Part shown: piece after piece, positions 15,770 through 30,710 of the stretch
How the letters are laid out: every line of letters begins with the position of its first letter
How positions within the stretch are numbered: position 1 is the first letter of the stretch
NCBI RefSeq assembly: GCF_009914755.1
Contig: NC_060937.1
Reading direction: 5' to 3' (one strand)
DNA length: 64,000 nucleotides
Origin: the human T2T-CHM13v2.0 reference genome, Homo sapiens
The notes under the pieces: generated by a model
What the model was told of the DNA's origin: nothing
What the model saw: the letters and a program-made list of their open reading frames with translations, nothing else
Database searches by the model: none
Made by a program: the position numbers and the translations under genes

Positions 15770-16110
15770 CCCGTCTCTCTCCCGTGTCCCCCTGCGCCTC
15801 TGCTCCCGTACCTCTGTCCTTCTGTCCCCCCGTGCCTCTGTCCCTCTGTCCCCCATCTCTCTATCCCGTGTCTCTGCCCGTGTCCCCCCGTGCCTGTCTC
15901 CTGGGCCTCTGTCCCCCGTCTCTCTATCCCTCTGTCTCCTGTGCCTCTGTCCCTCTGTCCCCCGTCTCTCTATCCCTCTGTCTCCTGTGCCTCTGTCCCT
16001 CTGTCCCCCGTCTCTCTATCCCTCTGTCCCGTGTCTCTGCCCTTCTGTGCCTGCATTCCTTGTCCTTCTGCCCCGTGCCTCTGCCTCTGTGCCTGTTCCT
16101 CTGTGCAACT
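15770..16110. repeat. CT-rich degenerate tandem repeat (CTCTGTCCC-like)
   Basis: Visible directly. Confidence 0.8.
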
Positions 16111-16564
16111 GCCCTCTCAGGTGATCACTGCACACCTCCCAGAGCCCAACCCAGCTTCACCTCCACCTTCACTGCAGTCCCTGAATCCCTGCTGCAGGGT
16201 TAGGAGTGACAGTTAAAGCGAATGCAGACTCCCCAAGTAAAAAAAATATTTATTATTGTCCATGCAAATGGGCCACATTAATGGTCCATACAAATGGAGT
16301 ACAGTATTTTAAAATAAAACGCAAAAGTGGGCTGAATTGTTGGTATGCGGGCTGGGTCTATGTGGCACAGAGAGAACAATTACGAACTGATACAGGACAT
16401 TTACAAATTAGTTTACATTTTAAAATTTAAATATGTAAACCCAGAAGTTGAGAGACGCTATCAACTGAGATTTTCAGGTACGCGGTATTATAAACTCATC
16501 TACCTACATACAGAGCAAAGTGTGGAGAAGAAAAGAAACCAAGAGGGTGGTAACGTTACAGCTG

Positions 16565-16966
<402 letters not shown>

Positions 16967-17097
16967 CTAAACCTTTCTGCCCTGGGTTCTTAGCGAAGGT
17001 GAAGGTAAACTGATAAAAATCTTTAAACTTGGCTGTGTCCTTCAGCTCCTGCTCCAGTCTTGGCAGAAGAGCCTTTAGCTTCTCCATGCTGTCACAC
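16967..17097 (-). CDS. DCUN1D2: DCUN1D2 coding exon 4: (G)[43 protein letters not shown]
   Basis: CAG acceptor, GTGAGT donor, 131 nt; overlaps ORF 16821..17087. Confidence 0.96.
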
Positions 17098-18018
17098 CTG
17101 CGATGACAGAGAGTGGTTTGTCTTGCAGCAGATGCGCCTCCCTAGTCGACTCCCCTTGTGCCCTGTGCAGGAACTGTGACCAGGCACGCAGCTCCAGCTG
17201 GAGACCGTATTTCCCAACTTCCTTTCCCAGGCGCGGCCTAAGGCTCTAAGTGATGATGTAAGAGAAGATGGGGGGGCAACATCTCCCTTGCTAAAAGGAA
17301 TTCAAAACGTTCTGAGACAGATACTGGTGGCAGCCGCCCAGCTCTGGGAATATACTAAAACCACTGAGTTGTAGGCTTTAAATGAAAGAAAATATGGTAT
17401 GTGAATTCGATCTCAGTAAAATTATTAAAAGAAAAACCCAAAACCAACATCTTTTGCCCTCTTCTTGAGAAGTGGAACAAGGGCGTGGTCTAACTTGGTA
17501 GCTTTGACCACGGAGAGAGGACCCTGCCCTGCGGTGACAGGGCATGAGGTGACAAGATGGCAGAGACGAGGTAATGGAAAGATGGAAAGACCGCATTTCT
17601 CAGTGACTTGCAGAATGGCAGTCGCCCTGCCAGCCTGGGCCACTGTTACCTCTGTCCCATCATACAAGCGAAAAACAAACTCATATAAACTTAAGCTACC
17701 TTATTTAGGGATCTCTTCATTACAGCAAGTTAGATTTAAAATATCCAGGTATTGTAAAACACAGCTCTATGTTGTTTTAGAATTGAATTTTTCCATCAAA
17801 AAGTCAATAACCTTTAAAAACAGTCAACAGCCTCTAAGGCAGAAATCGACAACAGTAAAACAAAGTCTATCTTTGTAATTTCGACTGCACAGCAAAGCAC
17901 AGAATAAAAGCAACACTTACTCAAGTAGAGTAGACGTAAGGAAAGAACATTGAAGAAAGCTTTAGAGCAGCTAGAAAAGTCCTCGAAGACATACACGGAA
18001 AAGCACAAATGTATGACT

Positions 18019-18394
18019 CAGTCCTGCGCGCAGTCACGGTCAACAGCAGAAGGCGTATGTCACAGTGGTCCCATAAAATCATAATGGCACCTAGATTCCT
18101 GCCACCTCGAGGCGTCAGAGCCACTGCAACGTCTAGCACAACGCATGACCATTTCCACCTTCAGATGTGTTTAGACACAGACTTACCATTGTGTTACAGC
18201 TGCCTACAGAACTGAGGACAGTCACCTGCTGAACAGGTTCACGGCCTAGGAGCAACAGGCTGCACCACAGACGAGGTGTGTAGTGGGCTGTAGCATCTCG
18301 GTTTGTGTAAGTGCACTCTGTGATATCTGCACAGTGAAATTTCCTAACGATGCACTTCTCAGAACGTGTCCCTGTCTCTGAGTGACGCATGGCT
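18019..18394 (+). mobile_element. Tigger3/MER7-type DNA transposon remnant
   Basis: Similar to recalled Tigger3 consensus including both ends. Confidence 0.72.
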
Positions 18395-18445
18395 GTACTG
18401 CAGATGAGGGTGAGCGTAAGCACCATCCACATCAAGGGTGGCGGC

Positions 18446-18665
18446 TGGGCCAGGTACGGTGGCTCATTCCTGTAATCCCAGTGCTTTGAGAGGTGGAGGA
18501 GGGAGGATCGCTTGAGGCCAGGAGTTTGAGACCAGTCTGGGCAACATAGAGAGACCCAGTCTCCACAAAAAATAAAAACTAGCCAGGTGTGGTGGCATGT
18601 GCCTGAAGTCCCAGCAGTGCACTGTACCCCAGTTGGCACAACAGAGTGTGACCTTCTTAAAAAAG
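18446..18665 (+). mobile_element. Partial AluJ (internal deletion)
   Basis: Left arm + truncated right arm. Confidence 0.8.
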
Positions 18666-18859
18666 GGAGTGGGTGGCAGCTGAGGGCTCTTTGCCATTTC
18701 AGCCTCCTCTTCCCTCCGGTGAGGCATGGACAATCAGACTTCTGGGCCAGGCCCACTGTGCCCCACCGCCTACTGGAGCCGTCCTTCACCGTGCCTCTAG
18801 CTGGATGTAATCAGGAACTCAGCGTGCACCACCTCACGTCTGGCTGTTTCTGCCTTTGT

Positions 18860-21800
18860 GATGTCCGAGAGGTTCGTTCCTGTGGGTATGCATGGCTCCA
18901 GCTGCTCATTTTCTTGGCCATACAGAATTCTTGTTATATACATATTTTATGATTCATAAACGCTACTGTTGGTGAACATTCCGGCTGTTTCTAGTTTCCT
19001 GGTTTGGAGTAATGGTGTCAACACTTCTGCACACAGATCACAACATACCTGTGAACGTACCACGTCAGGCACATTCCAGAGTGGATGGCTGGGTCATGGC
19101 GTCTGTGCACCTTCCATTTAGTAACTGATGTCAAAACAGTACACTGGAGTCCCCCTCCACGCATTTGCACTCACATTTGCTATCGTGTCTTATTTTAGCA
19201 CCCAAGAGGGTGGTTTGTTATGGGGTTCTATTTCACTGTGGTTTTCACCTGCATTTCCCCAGTGAATGAGATTAAGCATCTTATACCTTAACTGGCCCTT
19301 GTGCATCCTCTTTTGTGAAGTGCTTGTCAAATCTTTTGGTTGTTTTTCAATGTCTTTTTCTTATTGTTTTGTAGAAATTCTTTATATATTAAAGATACAA
19401 GCCTTTGCCAGGAATTTTTAAAGAACTTTCACACACAACATGGATTGCCTTTCTACTACCTTGATGTTTCTTAACCAGAAGTTCTTATTTTTACTATAAT
19501 ACACTCTATCGGCATTTTTCTTTATGGTGATTTATTGTTTTTGTTGATGTTTTAAAAATTATCCTATTTCATAGTCATAAAAGACATTTTCCTACATTAT
19601 TTTCTACAGACTTTTTGCTTTTGCCTTTCAAACTGAGATCTACAATCTATCTGAAACTGATTTTTACATATGGTATGCGGTAGAGGTCAGGATTTATTTT
19701 TCCCCAAAATACTAGCTAATTCTCCCAGTATCATTTATTGAAAAACCGTCTTTCTCCACTGAAGTCTAGCTCTGTCATAAACCAGAAGTCCCCCCATACA
19801 CGGACTTCTTTCTGAGCGCTCCATTCTGCTCCACTGGTCTCTGGTCTATTTATCTGATCTGGCGCTTGATGCCATGTAGTCTTAATTACTGTAGCTTTAA
19901 AAGTTCCAATTATCTGGTACAGCAAATCTTCCCATCTTGTTCTTTTTCTTCAAGAACTGCTTTTTGACTGCGCGTTTTCATAGAAATTTCAAATCAGCTT
20001 GTCAAATTACACATAAACAAACCCACTATCTATTGGGATTTTTAAATTGAGATCACATTCAATATAAAAAGCTAAGGATAAAATACTGTATTCCAACCTA
20101 TAAATGAAGTATATTTCTCCATTTATTCAGGTCTTCTTTCCTGTCTCTCGATGAATTACTATTTTCTCTATGGGAGTATCACACATCTTCAATCCAATTT
20201 ATTCTAGGTATTTTGTATTTTTGAAGATACCGAAAGATGACGTAGATTTTACATGTTACCGTTTTGCTGGTTGTTGCACTTGGTGTCCTGAAATAGAACA
20301 GGTTTTTACTTGCAGGCCTTGGATCCTGTAGTTTGGCTAACGTCACTATTGATTTGAATATTTTACCCATAGGGTGGACTAGCTATGATCTCCTGTTTAA
20401 TACTGAATAGAAACAGTCATTTGGGTTTTGTTCTGTCTCAAAGAGAAGGTGGCTTACAATTCCAGTAAGTATAATGTTTTCCATAGGAATTTTTTCCTTT
20501 TGGCCAGATTAAGAACTGCCCCTCTTATTCTTAGTTTTCTATGAGTTTTTTTTTTTTTTTTTAAATGAAGAAACATTGAATTTGATCAAACCCATCTTAT
20601 GCACTGGGATGATCCTTTTTTTCCTGTTGTTAACCATGGTAAATTAATTACACCGATTGACTCTGTAACATTAAACGGATCTTGCATTCCTGGATATAAC
20701 CAACTCTGTCATGATGTATCATCCTGGGCTTATCGTCTTGGGTTTTTTGCTAATGACTGGTCAGTTTCCTGATACTGTGTGTAGGATTTTTGCATCTTAT
20801 AATCATCTTATGCATCTTCTGAGTCTTACAGCTGAGAGTGGCCTATAATTTTCCATTCTCAAATGTTCTTCCTTGGTTTTGTCATGCAGCTTTTGCTGGC
20901 CTTAAAAACAAATTGTGAAATCTTTCTTCCTTTACTTCTCTGGAAGAGGATGTTTAAAATTGGGGATTTTCCTTTTCATTAGGAGTTTGGTAGGATGTGC
21001 CAATTAAGTCATCCCAAACAGGAGTTGTCTCTTTGAGAAGATTTTAAACTACAGGCTCAAATTCTTAAGAGTTACAGAACTATTAAGATGTTCTATTTCT
21101 TCATGTGTCAGTTTTAGTAAATTACATTTTTCACATACGTTGTCAAATTTACTGGCATAAAGCTCTTCATACATGACTTTTTTTTTTTTAATGCTTCTGG
21201 CACCTATTATCTCGTCCCCCTTTTCATCTACGTACGTTACTTGTGATTTACCACATTTACAAGTCTTTTCAAATAACAAGCTTCTAGCTTTATTGATCCT
21301 TCCTAATGACAACTTCTTTTCTATTTAATTATTCTTGTAAATTAGTGCTTCTTTAAAAATATTAATTCCTTCCTTCTATATTCTTTTTCTATTTCTTGAG
21401 ATGGAAGGCTTTGCTCACTGATTTTCAGCCTTTCCTTCTTTCTAAAATATGCATTTAATAAGCTGAATTCTACAAGCTTACATATATTGTATTTTCATTA
21501 TTCAAGATATTTTCTAATTTCCATTGTAATTTCTTTCTCATCCCAAGGGTTACTTAGAGGTATGCAATATCCACACATATCCCTAGTTATCTTTTTGTTA
21601 TATTCCTAGTTTAACTGTACTGTGGTCAGAAAACATACTCTGTATCATTTCAAACCTCTGGAAATTGTTGCAATTTACTTAATAGCCCAGTTTATTGTCA
21701 ATTTTTATTAATGTTCTGTGCCTTTAATAAAGTTTTTTTTTTTTTAATTTTAAACACCAGGAGAGAACACGAACATAGTCCCCCACTACCACAAATTATG

Positions 21801-22280
21801 CAGTCCAGTTTCCCACATTTGGGAAAACCACAGGCGTCAGCACATCCAGAATGCAATGGATAAGCCCAGCTCTGGGAAAATCACCTTCATGATGATGGTA
21901 TCTCTCCTGCCAGGCTGTTCTGTGTTTTCTTTTGAAAAGAATATGTATTCTTAAGCATCGAAGGCAACATTCTAAATGTTCTCCTAGGCCATTTGTTGTG
22001 CTGTCCAAATCTTCTATTTCCTCACTAATTTTTCATTGACTCATTCCATCAGTTACTACGATGTGTGTGAAAATTCCTCACTTTGATCATGGATTTGTAT
22101 CTTTCTCTTTGTAGTTGCTTATTTTTGCTTTAAATACATTGGGACTCTTCAACAAATACATAAAAACGTAAGTGTGACTGCCTTCTTGGTGAGATAAGCC
22201 CTTTATCATTATGAAATGGTCCTCCTTATCTGTAGAGTTCCTGTATGCCTCAAAGCTGTTTTAGTTGTATCTATTTTAAA
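18860..22280 (-). mobile_element. Ancient L1M ORF2 remnant (hosts the U1 retrocopy)
   Basis: T-rich antisense L1. Short ORFs with L1 ORF2-like words (KATVIKTTW, INKARSLLFEK, YEELYASKFDN, EEIEHLNS). Confidence 0.8.
21758..21914 (-). pseudogene. U1 snRNA retropseudogene lacking the first 7 nt
   Basis: Reverse complement reads CCTGGCAGGAGAGATACCAT...CCATTGCA...AATTTGTGGTAGTGGGGGAC..., matching U1 with scattered substitutions; A-rich tail at 21733-21745. Confidence 0.93.
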
Positions 22281-22314
22281 CAATATGAACAGGTGATATT
22301 TAAAAATCCATCTG

Positions 22315-22590
22315 GGCCAGGCACGGTGGCTCCCGCCTGTAATCCCAGCACTTTGGGAGGCTGATGAGGCAAGGTGGTGTGTCCCCTGAAGTCAGGAGTT
22401 CAAAACCAGCCTGGCCAATATGGTGAAATCCCGTCTCTACTAAAAATACAAAAATTAGCCGGGCATGAGGCATGAGAATCGCTTGAACTCAGGAGACGGA
22501 GTTTGCTGTGAGCCAAGATCGTGCCACTGCACTCCATCCTGGGTGACAGAGTAAGACTCCATCTCAAAAAACAAACAAACAAACAAACAA
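22315..22590 (+). mobile_element. AluS with internal deletion, (CAAA)n tail
   Basis: Alu consensus. Confidence 0.88.
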
Positions 22591-22591
22591 G

Positions 22592-22883
22592 TAGGAGTAC
22601 ACTCGAAAATAATAAAAAGTTGAGTAAATAAGCTAGTAACATAAGCCTTTATATTATCAAGTATTATATACTGCACATAACTGGATGCGCTATGCTTTTT
22701 ATACGACTGGCAGTGCAGTAGGTTTGTCTGTGCCAGCATCACCACACACAGGCAATGTATTGTGCTATGACACTATGATGGCTGGGATGTAGGAATTTTT
22801 TAGCCCCATTCTAACCTTACGGGACCACTGTTGTATAAGCGGTCCACTGTTGACCGAAATGTCATTATGTAGTGCATGACTGT
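22592..22883 (-). mobile_element. Tigger3-type fragment
   Basis: Ends ggtccactgttgaccgaaatgtcattatg...catgactgTA (terminal repeat-like). Confidence 0.65.
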
Positions 22884-23417
22884 AGTTCAGTAAGCTTAAT
22901 GATTAAGAGACAGTTACATTAGGCCCTTTCATTTACTTTTATAACTTATCTGATAAGCGAGAAACACCTTAAGTTATTAATGAAGCCTTTATCCCAATCC
23001 TGTAGGTAGAATAGAAAAATGTTACAAGCAAAAACCAAAATGACATCTTAGTTTTTAACAGAGCAGCATAAGAAATTCTACGTTTAATATACAGTATTAT
23101 GAAATAACACGAATGAACTGAACCTGGCATTTACTGTCAATTCAAAATTGGAAAGGAAAAAACTCAAAAAGAAGAAAATGAGTTACAAAAGGGATTAATA
23201 TGAAAAAAATAAAAATGTGAAATGAAATAAAGTGTTAAATTGAAAATTAAAAGGAAACCAAAGGCTTGATAGTGCGGAGAGTACAGACGCATAAGAAATT
23301 TTAAAGATACACAAAGAAAATAAGCAGATATGAAATTAGTATGTACAGGTTGCTGAAAAATAATGTTAGAAGTATTTTCATTTCTGAAAACATTTAAGCT
23401 AAGAATAGTTGACTTAC

Positions 23418-23586
23418 CCAAGTTCTGTCATGCCATCTAGAAATTCCTTTCTGCTAAATTCACACTGAGTTGCTGCCCTGAACTTCCACGCTATGACCAA
23501 TACACTGATACTGGCAGGATCCAGGCTCAGATCATCACAAAACTGTTGAATCCCATCGACTCCAATTTTGTTTTCATCTTGTGGAT
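23418..23586 (-). CDS. DCUN1D2: DCUN1D2 coding exon 3: (D)[55 protein letters not shown](G)
   Basis: ctacAG acceptor, GTAAGT donor, 169 nt; translated manually (absent from the ORF track). Confidence 0.96.
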
Positions 23587-24428
23587 CTGTAGTTAATATC
23601 AGGGGAAAAGGAAGTTATACTATTTTGAAAAGTAATTCTAAAATAGGAGGTTTGAATCCTAGCATTCGATTATACTACATAGTTCTAGCAAGCGTGTTTC
23701 CAATACATCAATCAATAGGCTGCAGTTTTCTACTACACATGAAAGAAATAGTGAGCAACTAATAATTTATCCAGAAAACGGTCCTATTTTTAAAATCTAG
23801 GTTTCTGGGTTTTAGGGAAAAAAAAAAATCACTGAATTTTTTTTGAGAAGATCTGTTCACTAAGAAAAACTTAATTTCCCTAAAGTGAAATAAAAATTTA
23901 AGTTTACAGAAATTTAGCTCACCCAAAGGCAAACTGCTATAAAATATACTGTATTGATAAAGTATTTACAATATCTTGAGTTTTTATCACAACTCTGCCA
24001 AAGTAAATGAATGATTGATGTTTTTCTTAAGTGATTTCATTTGCTAATTCTAATGGTACTGGACAATAACTACTTCTCAGAATCATTTAGCTTATGTATC
24101 CACATTTAATAGCTTAGAAATTCAGGTTCCCCACCCCCTATTTCTAGTTTAGAAATAAAATTAAAGAACTTAGCATTTGTTTATCAGAAAATCAAACAGT
24201 AAAATATATTTAAGGCATCCCAGCAAGACTTCACTAAAGCTAGTAATTTCAGACAGATTATATCATATTATCATAATGCGTAGGTAAATTGTTGGTTTAG
24301 AAGGTAAAAGTAGAAAACCTGTAGCTTCTCTGCTCAAAGAAAGATTAGGTATGATAAACTTTTCTTCCCCTTCACACAAAATTTAACTTTGGTCATTTAA
24401 GTAGTATACTACCACATATATATAGTTA

Positions 24429-24783
<355 letters not shown>

Positions 24784-25505
24784 TCAGGGAGAAAACAACC
24801 TCAGCATAGTTTATGGGACAGAGGTTCTGTAAAAAAAATCCCCACTTATCACCTTATTCAATTCCATCTCCTAATTCTATACTTCATGAATAGAAATATT
24901 GATCTACAATGCTCTGAGCTAATAAACCATCTCAGTAAATTTCATTACAACCGTGTTCAACATTTCAAGTAATTTTGCAAGTACTTGTTCATTTGTATAT
25001 GTTAATGTCATAACCAATGTTATATTTGTCAACAGTCTTAGAACTACGTTTATTTTTAGAGCCTAAAGTGATTGTACCACGTTTCTACTTTAACTGAGTA
25101 TAATTGCATGAATAAAGTTAAATAATAATGAAGGGATGAAGCTTCAATAACACCCAAAGACACAATTTTCCACTTATACACAAGTATTTTTTCAAAGGCT
25201 GCTGTATATATTTAAATAACTTTTAAAAATCTGCATAAAAATCAGCATATGACTTACAAAATTAGCTCAACAATTAACTTAGCCAAAAATTTTTAAAGTA
25301 GACTAAAGCTTAACTAAGAACAATTTTCATTCTTTGGGAACTACAATAAGTACAAACCTGGTTTGTTTTACCACTGACTATGTTTCTGAGCCAAGATTTT
25401 TTAAAGCAATTTTCAACTCACTTTTCAGACCTAAAAAGAAAGACTAAAGCACACACACAGTATTTTAAAAAGTAAAAAACGAAAGTAATAAATAAACAAG
25501 AACTT

Positions 25506-25883
<378 letters not shown>

Positions 25884-26682
25884 TCAGGGCTTGGTTTTGT
25901 TTTAAAGTTTTAGAAAACTTAGCCTTAAAAACTGCTAGAAAGAAAAAGCAAAATAAGTCAGCTCTTAGACTGCTGCCTGTCCCTCTGCATTGGACATGAA
26001 ATTTAAAGCCTGCAGAGGGGCGTGGATCTGCGTATGCTCATCACGGCAGTCTCAGTTCAAGGCACATTTTGACAAGAAGCATTTTGACAAGAAGCTCCGA
26101 TCCAAGCACTGATGTCAATAAAAATCACAATCTGCAACAAAAAGTTTCTTTGCTGCGAGCTTTTCCCAAAGCCTCTCTAATCACTGAAGCTATTTCAGGG
26201 CTGACACGCCACTACCCGGGCAAGGAAAACACTAAGGTTTACCCTCACTTCAGATCATCTTCATGATTTGCTGTTGTTCTTAACCTTCTCATCATCAATA
26301 TTTCAGCCTAAATAGAAGTGCTTGAAAAAAATACTGTATTAACAGACACAGTCACGCCAAGACACCAAGCCTCCCAGCAGCAGCTTTTCCCTGACAGGCT
26401 GTGCAGCGTCAGACTCACCGCACAGAACAAGCGGGCACGGGCCTGGCCCTGCCCCATCGCTGACTCCACTCTTCTCGCCCTCCCCACCCCCACCAATCAC
26501 AGTCCCAGCCCCATTTACACAGAAGCAAGTGGATTCTGCAGCTGAGCGCCGAGCGCTGAGCGTGGGGAGGAGAAGCAACGGCAGCCCGGAGACCTGCCCC
26601 GGCACCAGAACCCTGGAAGTGCAGCGCGCAGGCCGCTCGCGGAGGCCGACATCCGTCCGGCTTTGCTGCAGTCTCCTCTTAC

Positions 26683-26899
26683 CTTTGTACCTGCCGTACA
26701 GCCGCTCCAGCTTCTTCTTGTCCACAGCGTTCCGCATGGACTCCCTGTGGAGCGAGTCTGGGTTTTGGAAGAAGCTGTCCGTGGCCTCGTCTAGTCTCCA
26801 CTCATTCTGCGTTAAGCAGTAGATAGCAGTTCTCTCGCCAGCCTGAGTGCACGCCATAAACTGGCGGACCTTGTCCTTCTGAGACGATTTAAGCTTATG
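26683..26899 (-). CDS. DCUN1D2: DCUN1D2 coding exon 2 (UBA-like domain): [72 protein letters not shown]
   Basis: AAG acceptor, GTAAGA donor, 217 nt; overlaps ORF 26339..26857. Confidence 0.96.
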
Positions 26900-27577
26900 C
26901 TTTGGGATGCAAAAGAAGTAGGAAAGCCAATGAAGCCGCTCCAGGTTTGTCCCAGCTTTAGCCTAACGCCTGCACTTTAACTGGGCAGAATTAGAGACAA
27001 AGCCTTGCTCTTCATCAGTTACAAAGACTGCACAGTCTTCTGAAAATGGAAACAACAGCATCTATACTGTAACAAACAGGCAGTCTAAGCTTCAAAAATT
27101 ATGAGAATTAACATTTTATACAAAATACATTCTGATCTCTATCCAGTTCACTCTGCATGAAGTGTGACTATCATTTTTCTCTAAAACTCTCAGTAACTCT
27201 GTAATGCACATCTAGCCTCTGAGGACACAGGGCAAGGACCTTACGGCACCAGCGGGGGTCACAGCTGCAGTCTTCTTTGGTTTCAATAAAGTTCAGGCTT
27301 TAATGAATGGGAAGAGGCTGTGCGGTTTGGAGATTTTTTTTCCCACTTTAAATCACAGAATCACATTGATGAAAATGTACACAAATAACTAAGAATAGCG
27401 TTAAAAGTAATTTATGAAAATTTCACAAGCAGGCACAAAAAAACCTGTTATGATTAAATGGAAACAATAATACTAATAACAAGAATGCCTCTGTATACCA
27501 GACAGAAATAAAATGAAAAAATAGGACAGAGGCTCTGGGCAGGCAATAAATAACAAAACTGCCAAATAGCTGTACTA

Positions 27578-27953
<376 letters not shown>

Positions 27954-28969
27954 AGTAACCTGATAAAAGCAACACTGGAAAAGAAAGTGATACACTAACT
28001 TCTCTAAATCCAAACAGACCCTAGAATCCACTGGATGCTAACGTTTTACAAAAATGCTTTACACAATAATATAAGCAGGAAATTTTTTACTCAAAACGAT
28101 TTATACTCAATCTTGTTCAAATAAAGATGAGACAACTTATAAAAACACATGGAATGATTTATAACATAACTTAACAAAAGTATATAGAAGGATAACAAGG
28201 TGTGGATAAGGAAGGGGTGCCATTAGTACAAGGACGTGCCTGTCACATGTAAGAGCTGGAAATCAGGCTCCAAGCTTCCCCAGTGCCACAGCAAAGAAAA
28301 CACGATTAGTTAGGAAAATCCGTTTTCATAAGATCTAAAACCTTACCAGCAGCTCAGAAGTGGTACAGATACAGACCCTTCTGGCCTAAAACCTGAGGAA
28401 ACGTCTTCTGCGGCTCCTCACAAAGTTCAATGTCCCCTCACACATACCAATTCCTCACCAAAATGCCAACCACGTACAGCAGAGCCAGCTTCCAGAAGTT
28501 TTTTTTTTTTTGAGACAGGCAATCAAAAAGCATGCTGATGCCAAAATACCAGAGGACGATTCTGCAGAGGCATTAAGATAACGCTGTCCAGATACATACT
28601 CTCCCGTGTGCATCTGGGATCCTGGGTCCTGAGGCCTTTCAGGAGTCCCACAGAACTACCTTCCCGAGCGTCCTAAGCCGCCACCAGCCTTGCTCACTCT
28701 CATTCTCACAGAGTGCACAGCAGAGGCCTCCGTGGGCTGCAAGGCCTGTGATATCACAGGAATGAACGCGAGATTCGAGAGCCTATCTTTTATCAAGCCA
28801 GACATTAAGATATTTGCAAAAATGTAATGGGTTTTTATTGCTAATTAACTATAGAAATATTTTAATACTATTTTAATTTCTAATATGGTCAATATTGATG
28901 ACTATTACCCACACAAACAAGAACTCTCATTTAAGAATGACTGGGGTTCCAATCATTCTTAAAAACATA

Positions 28970-29360
28970 TAGGAAATGTGCTACATATATACCATGGCAT
29001 ACTACATAGCCATAAAAAGGACCGAGATTGTGTCCTTTGCAGCAACATGGATGGAGCTGGAGGCCATTTTCCTAAGTGAACTGGCGCAGGAACAGAAAAC
29101 CAAATGCCACATGTTCTCACTTGTAAGTGGGAGCTGAACACTGAGCAGGCGTGGACACAAAAAAGGACCAACAGACACCAGGGCCTGCTTGAGGGTGGCA
29201 GGAGGGAGAGGATCCCAAAACTACCCACCGGCTACTGTGCTTAGTACCTGGTTGACGACATAATCTGTACACCAACTCCCATGACACACAGTTGACCTTT
29301 ATAACAAACCTGCACATGTACCCCTGAACCTAAAAGTTAGAAAACAAAAAACAAACCCAA
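28970..29360 (+). mobile_element. L1PA (old primate) 3' end
   Basis: gcagcaacatggatggagctggaggccatt...cacatgtacccctgaacctaaaag + A-rich tail. Confidence 0.88.
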
Positions 29361-29699
29361 AAACCACATCGAACTCCTGAGACTAAACACTTAAGAGAAT
29401 GGCTAATTCAGGTGATGCTAGGCAATTAACATTTCGGCTACTCAAACAATGAGTGTTGAGCATTTGGGAGTCTTGGATCCCTTTTGGAATCTGAGGAGTC
29501 ACAGGTCCGCCCTCCAGGAAAACATATATGGCCCTCACACGTGCAGGCAGCTTTGCATAAAATTTCAGGGGTTTCACAGATGGCTTAAGCCCATCTGCAA
29601 AGTCCTCACAAGGGGAAGGTAGAACTCAGATTAAGAACGGATGAAGAAGATCAGAAGCCTTCATTCAGCCAACTTTGTCTCTTAATGTTCCAGACAGCA

Positions 29700-29825
29700 G
29701 CCATCTCTGCCATCTCAGGCCTGTGGGTCTGTTGCCAAAGCAGACAGCCGTAGGCTGTGTTCCAATAAAACTCAATTTACAAAAACAGACAGCTAGCCTG
29801 TGGGCTGTAGTTTGCCGACCCCGAT
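29700..29825. mobile_element. MER58-type hAT fragment
   Basis: gctgtgttccaataaaact...gtgggctgtagtttgccgacccc. Confidence 0.6.
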
Positions 29826-30179
29826 CTAGATTCTAGAGGAATAAATGGAATACATATTCACTACATTATTTCCTGAAACTGAGCTTTTGAAAAGAACTAA
29901 ACAAAAAATTCAAGGTTGTATTCTCTGGTAAGATCAAATTTAGCTAAATTAAGGCAGATCCCATAGTCTCTGACCGTAAGCTGACAAAAGATACAGCTAG
30001 AGTCTTTTTATGAAGTTGACAGCCTTCCCAAGGGAGGGTGAGCAAAGCCAAGAATTACCTCAAAAACCTTAGGATAAAGACAGAAGTGCAGCCCCCAAAA
30101 TGGTCCACCACCAGGAACAGCCATGACGCCCTTATTATGGAAGTGGTCATCGTTGCTAGATTTAAAAATCTGCCATGGT

Positions 30180-30710
30180 TATACAACAACATTTACTATA
30201 TCCATATAACGGAACATAATTCGGCCATAAAAAGGAATGAAGTATTGATACATGCCACATGGATGAACTTTTGACACTGAGTAAAAGAAACCAGGCACAA
30301 GAAGCCACACAGTGTATGATTCCATCCACACAGCGCACGACTCCAGCTGCACAGTGTACGACTCCAGCCACAGTGCACGAGTCCAGCCACACGGTGCACG
30401 ACTCCAGCCGCACAGTGCATGAGTCCAGCCGCACAGTGTGCGATTCCAGCCACACAGTGTACGATTTCACTTATATGAAATATCCAGAATGGGCACATCT
30501 ATATAGAGAGAAAGGTGAGTGGTAGCCAGGGGCTGGGGCAAGGGAGGAGTTGGGAGTGACTGCTAATGGGTACAGTTATCGTTCGGGGTGACAAAAATGT
30601 TTTAGGACTAGATAGAGGTAGTGGTTCCACAAATTTGTGAACGTACTAAACACCACTGAATTGTACACTTTAAAATAGTTAATTTTATGTTATATGAATT
30701 TCACCTAAAA
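30180..30710 (+). mobile_element. L1MB-type 3' end containing a 21-bp tandem repeat (~30305-30465, ~8 copies)
   Basis: L1 3'UTR motifs; units cacacagtgcacgactccagc. Confidence 0.82.

Noticed and set aside
15506-16216. Pro/Cys/Leu-rich ORFs
   Set aside because: Translation of a low-complexity CT-rich repeat.
28700-29640. Possible Charlie/MER hAT fragments (and L2 pieces near 32.1-32.9 kb)
   Set aside because: Too diverged to delimit or name reliably by eye; needs RepeatMasker.
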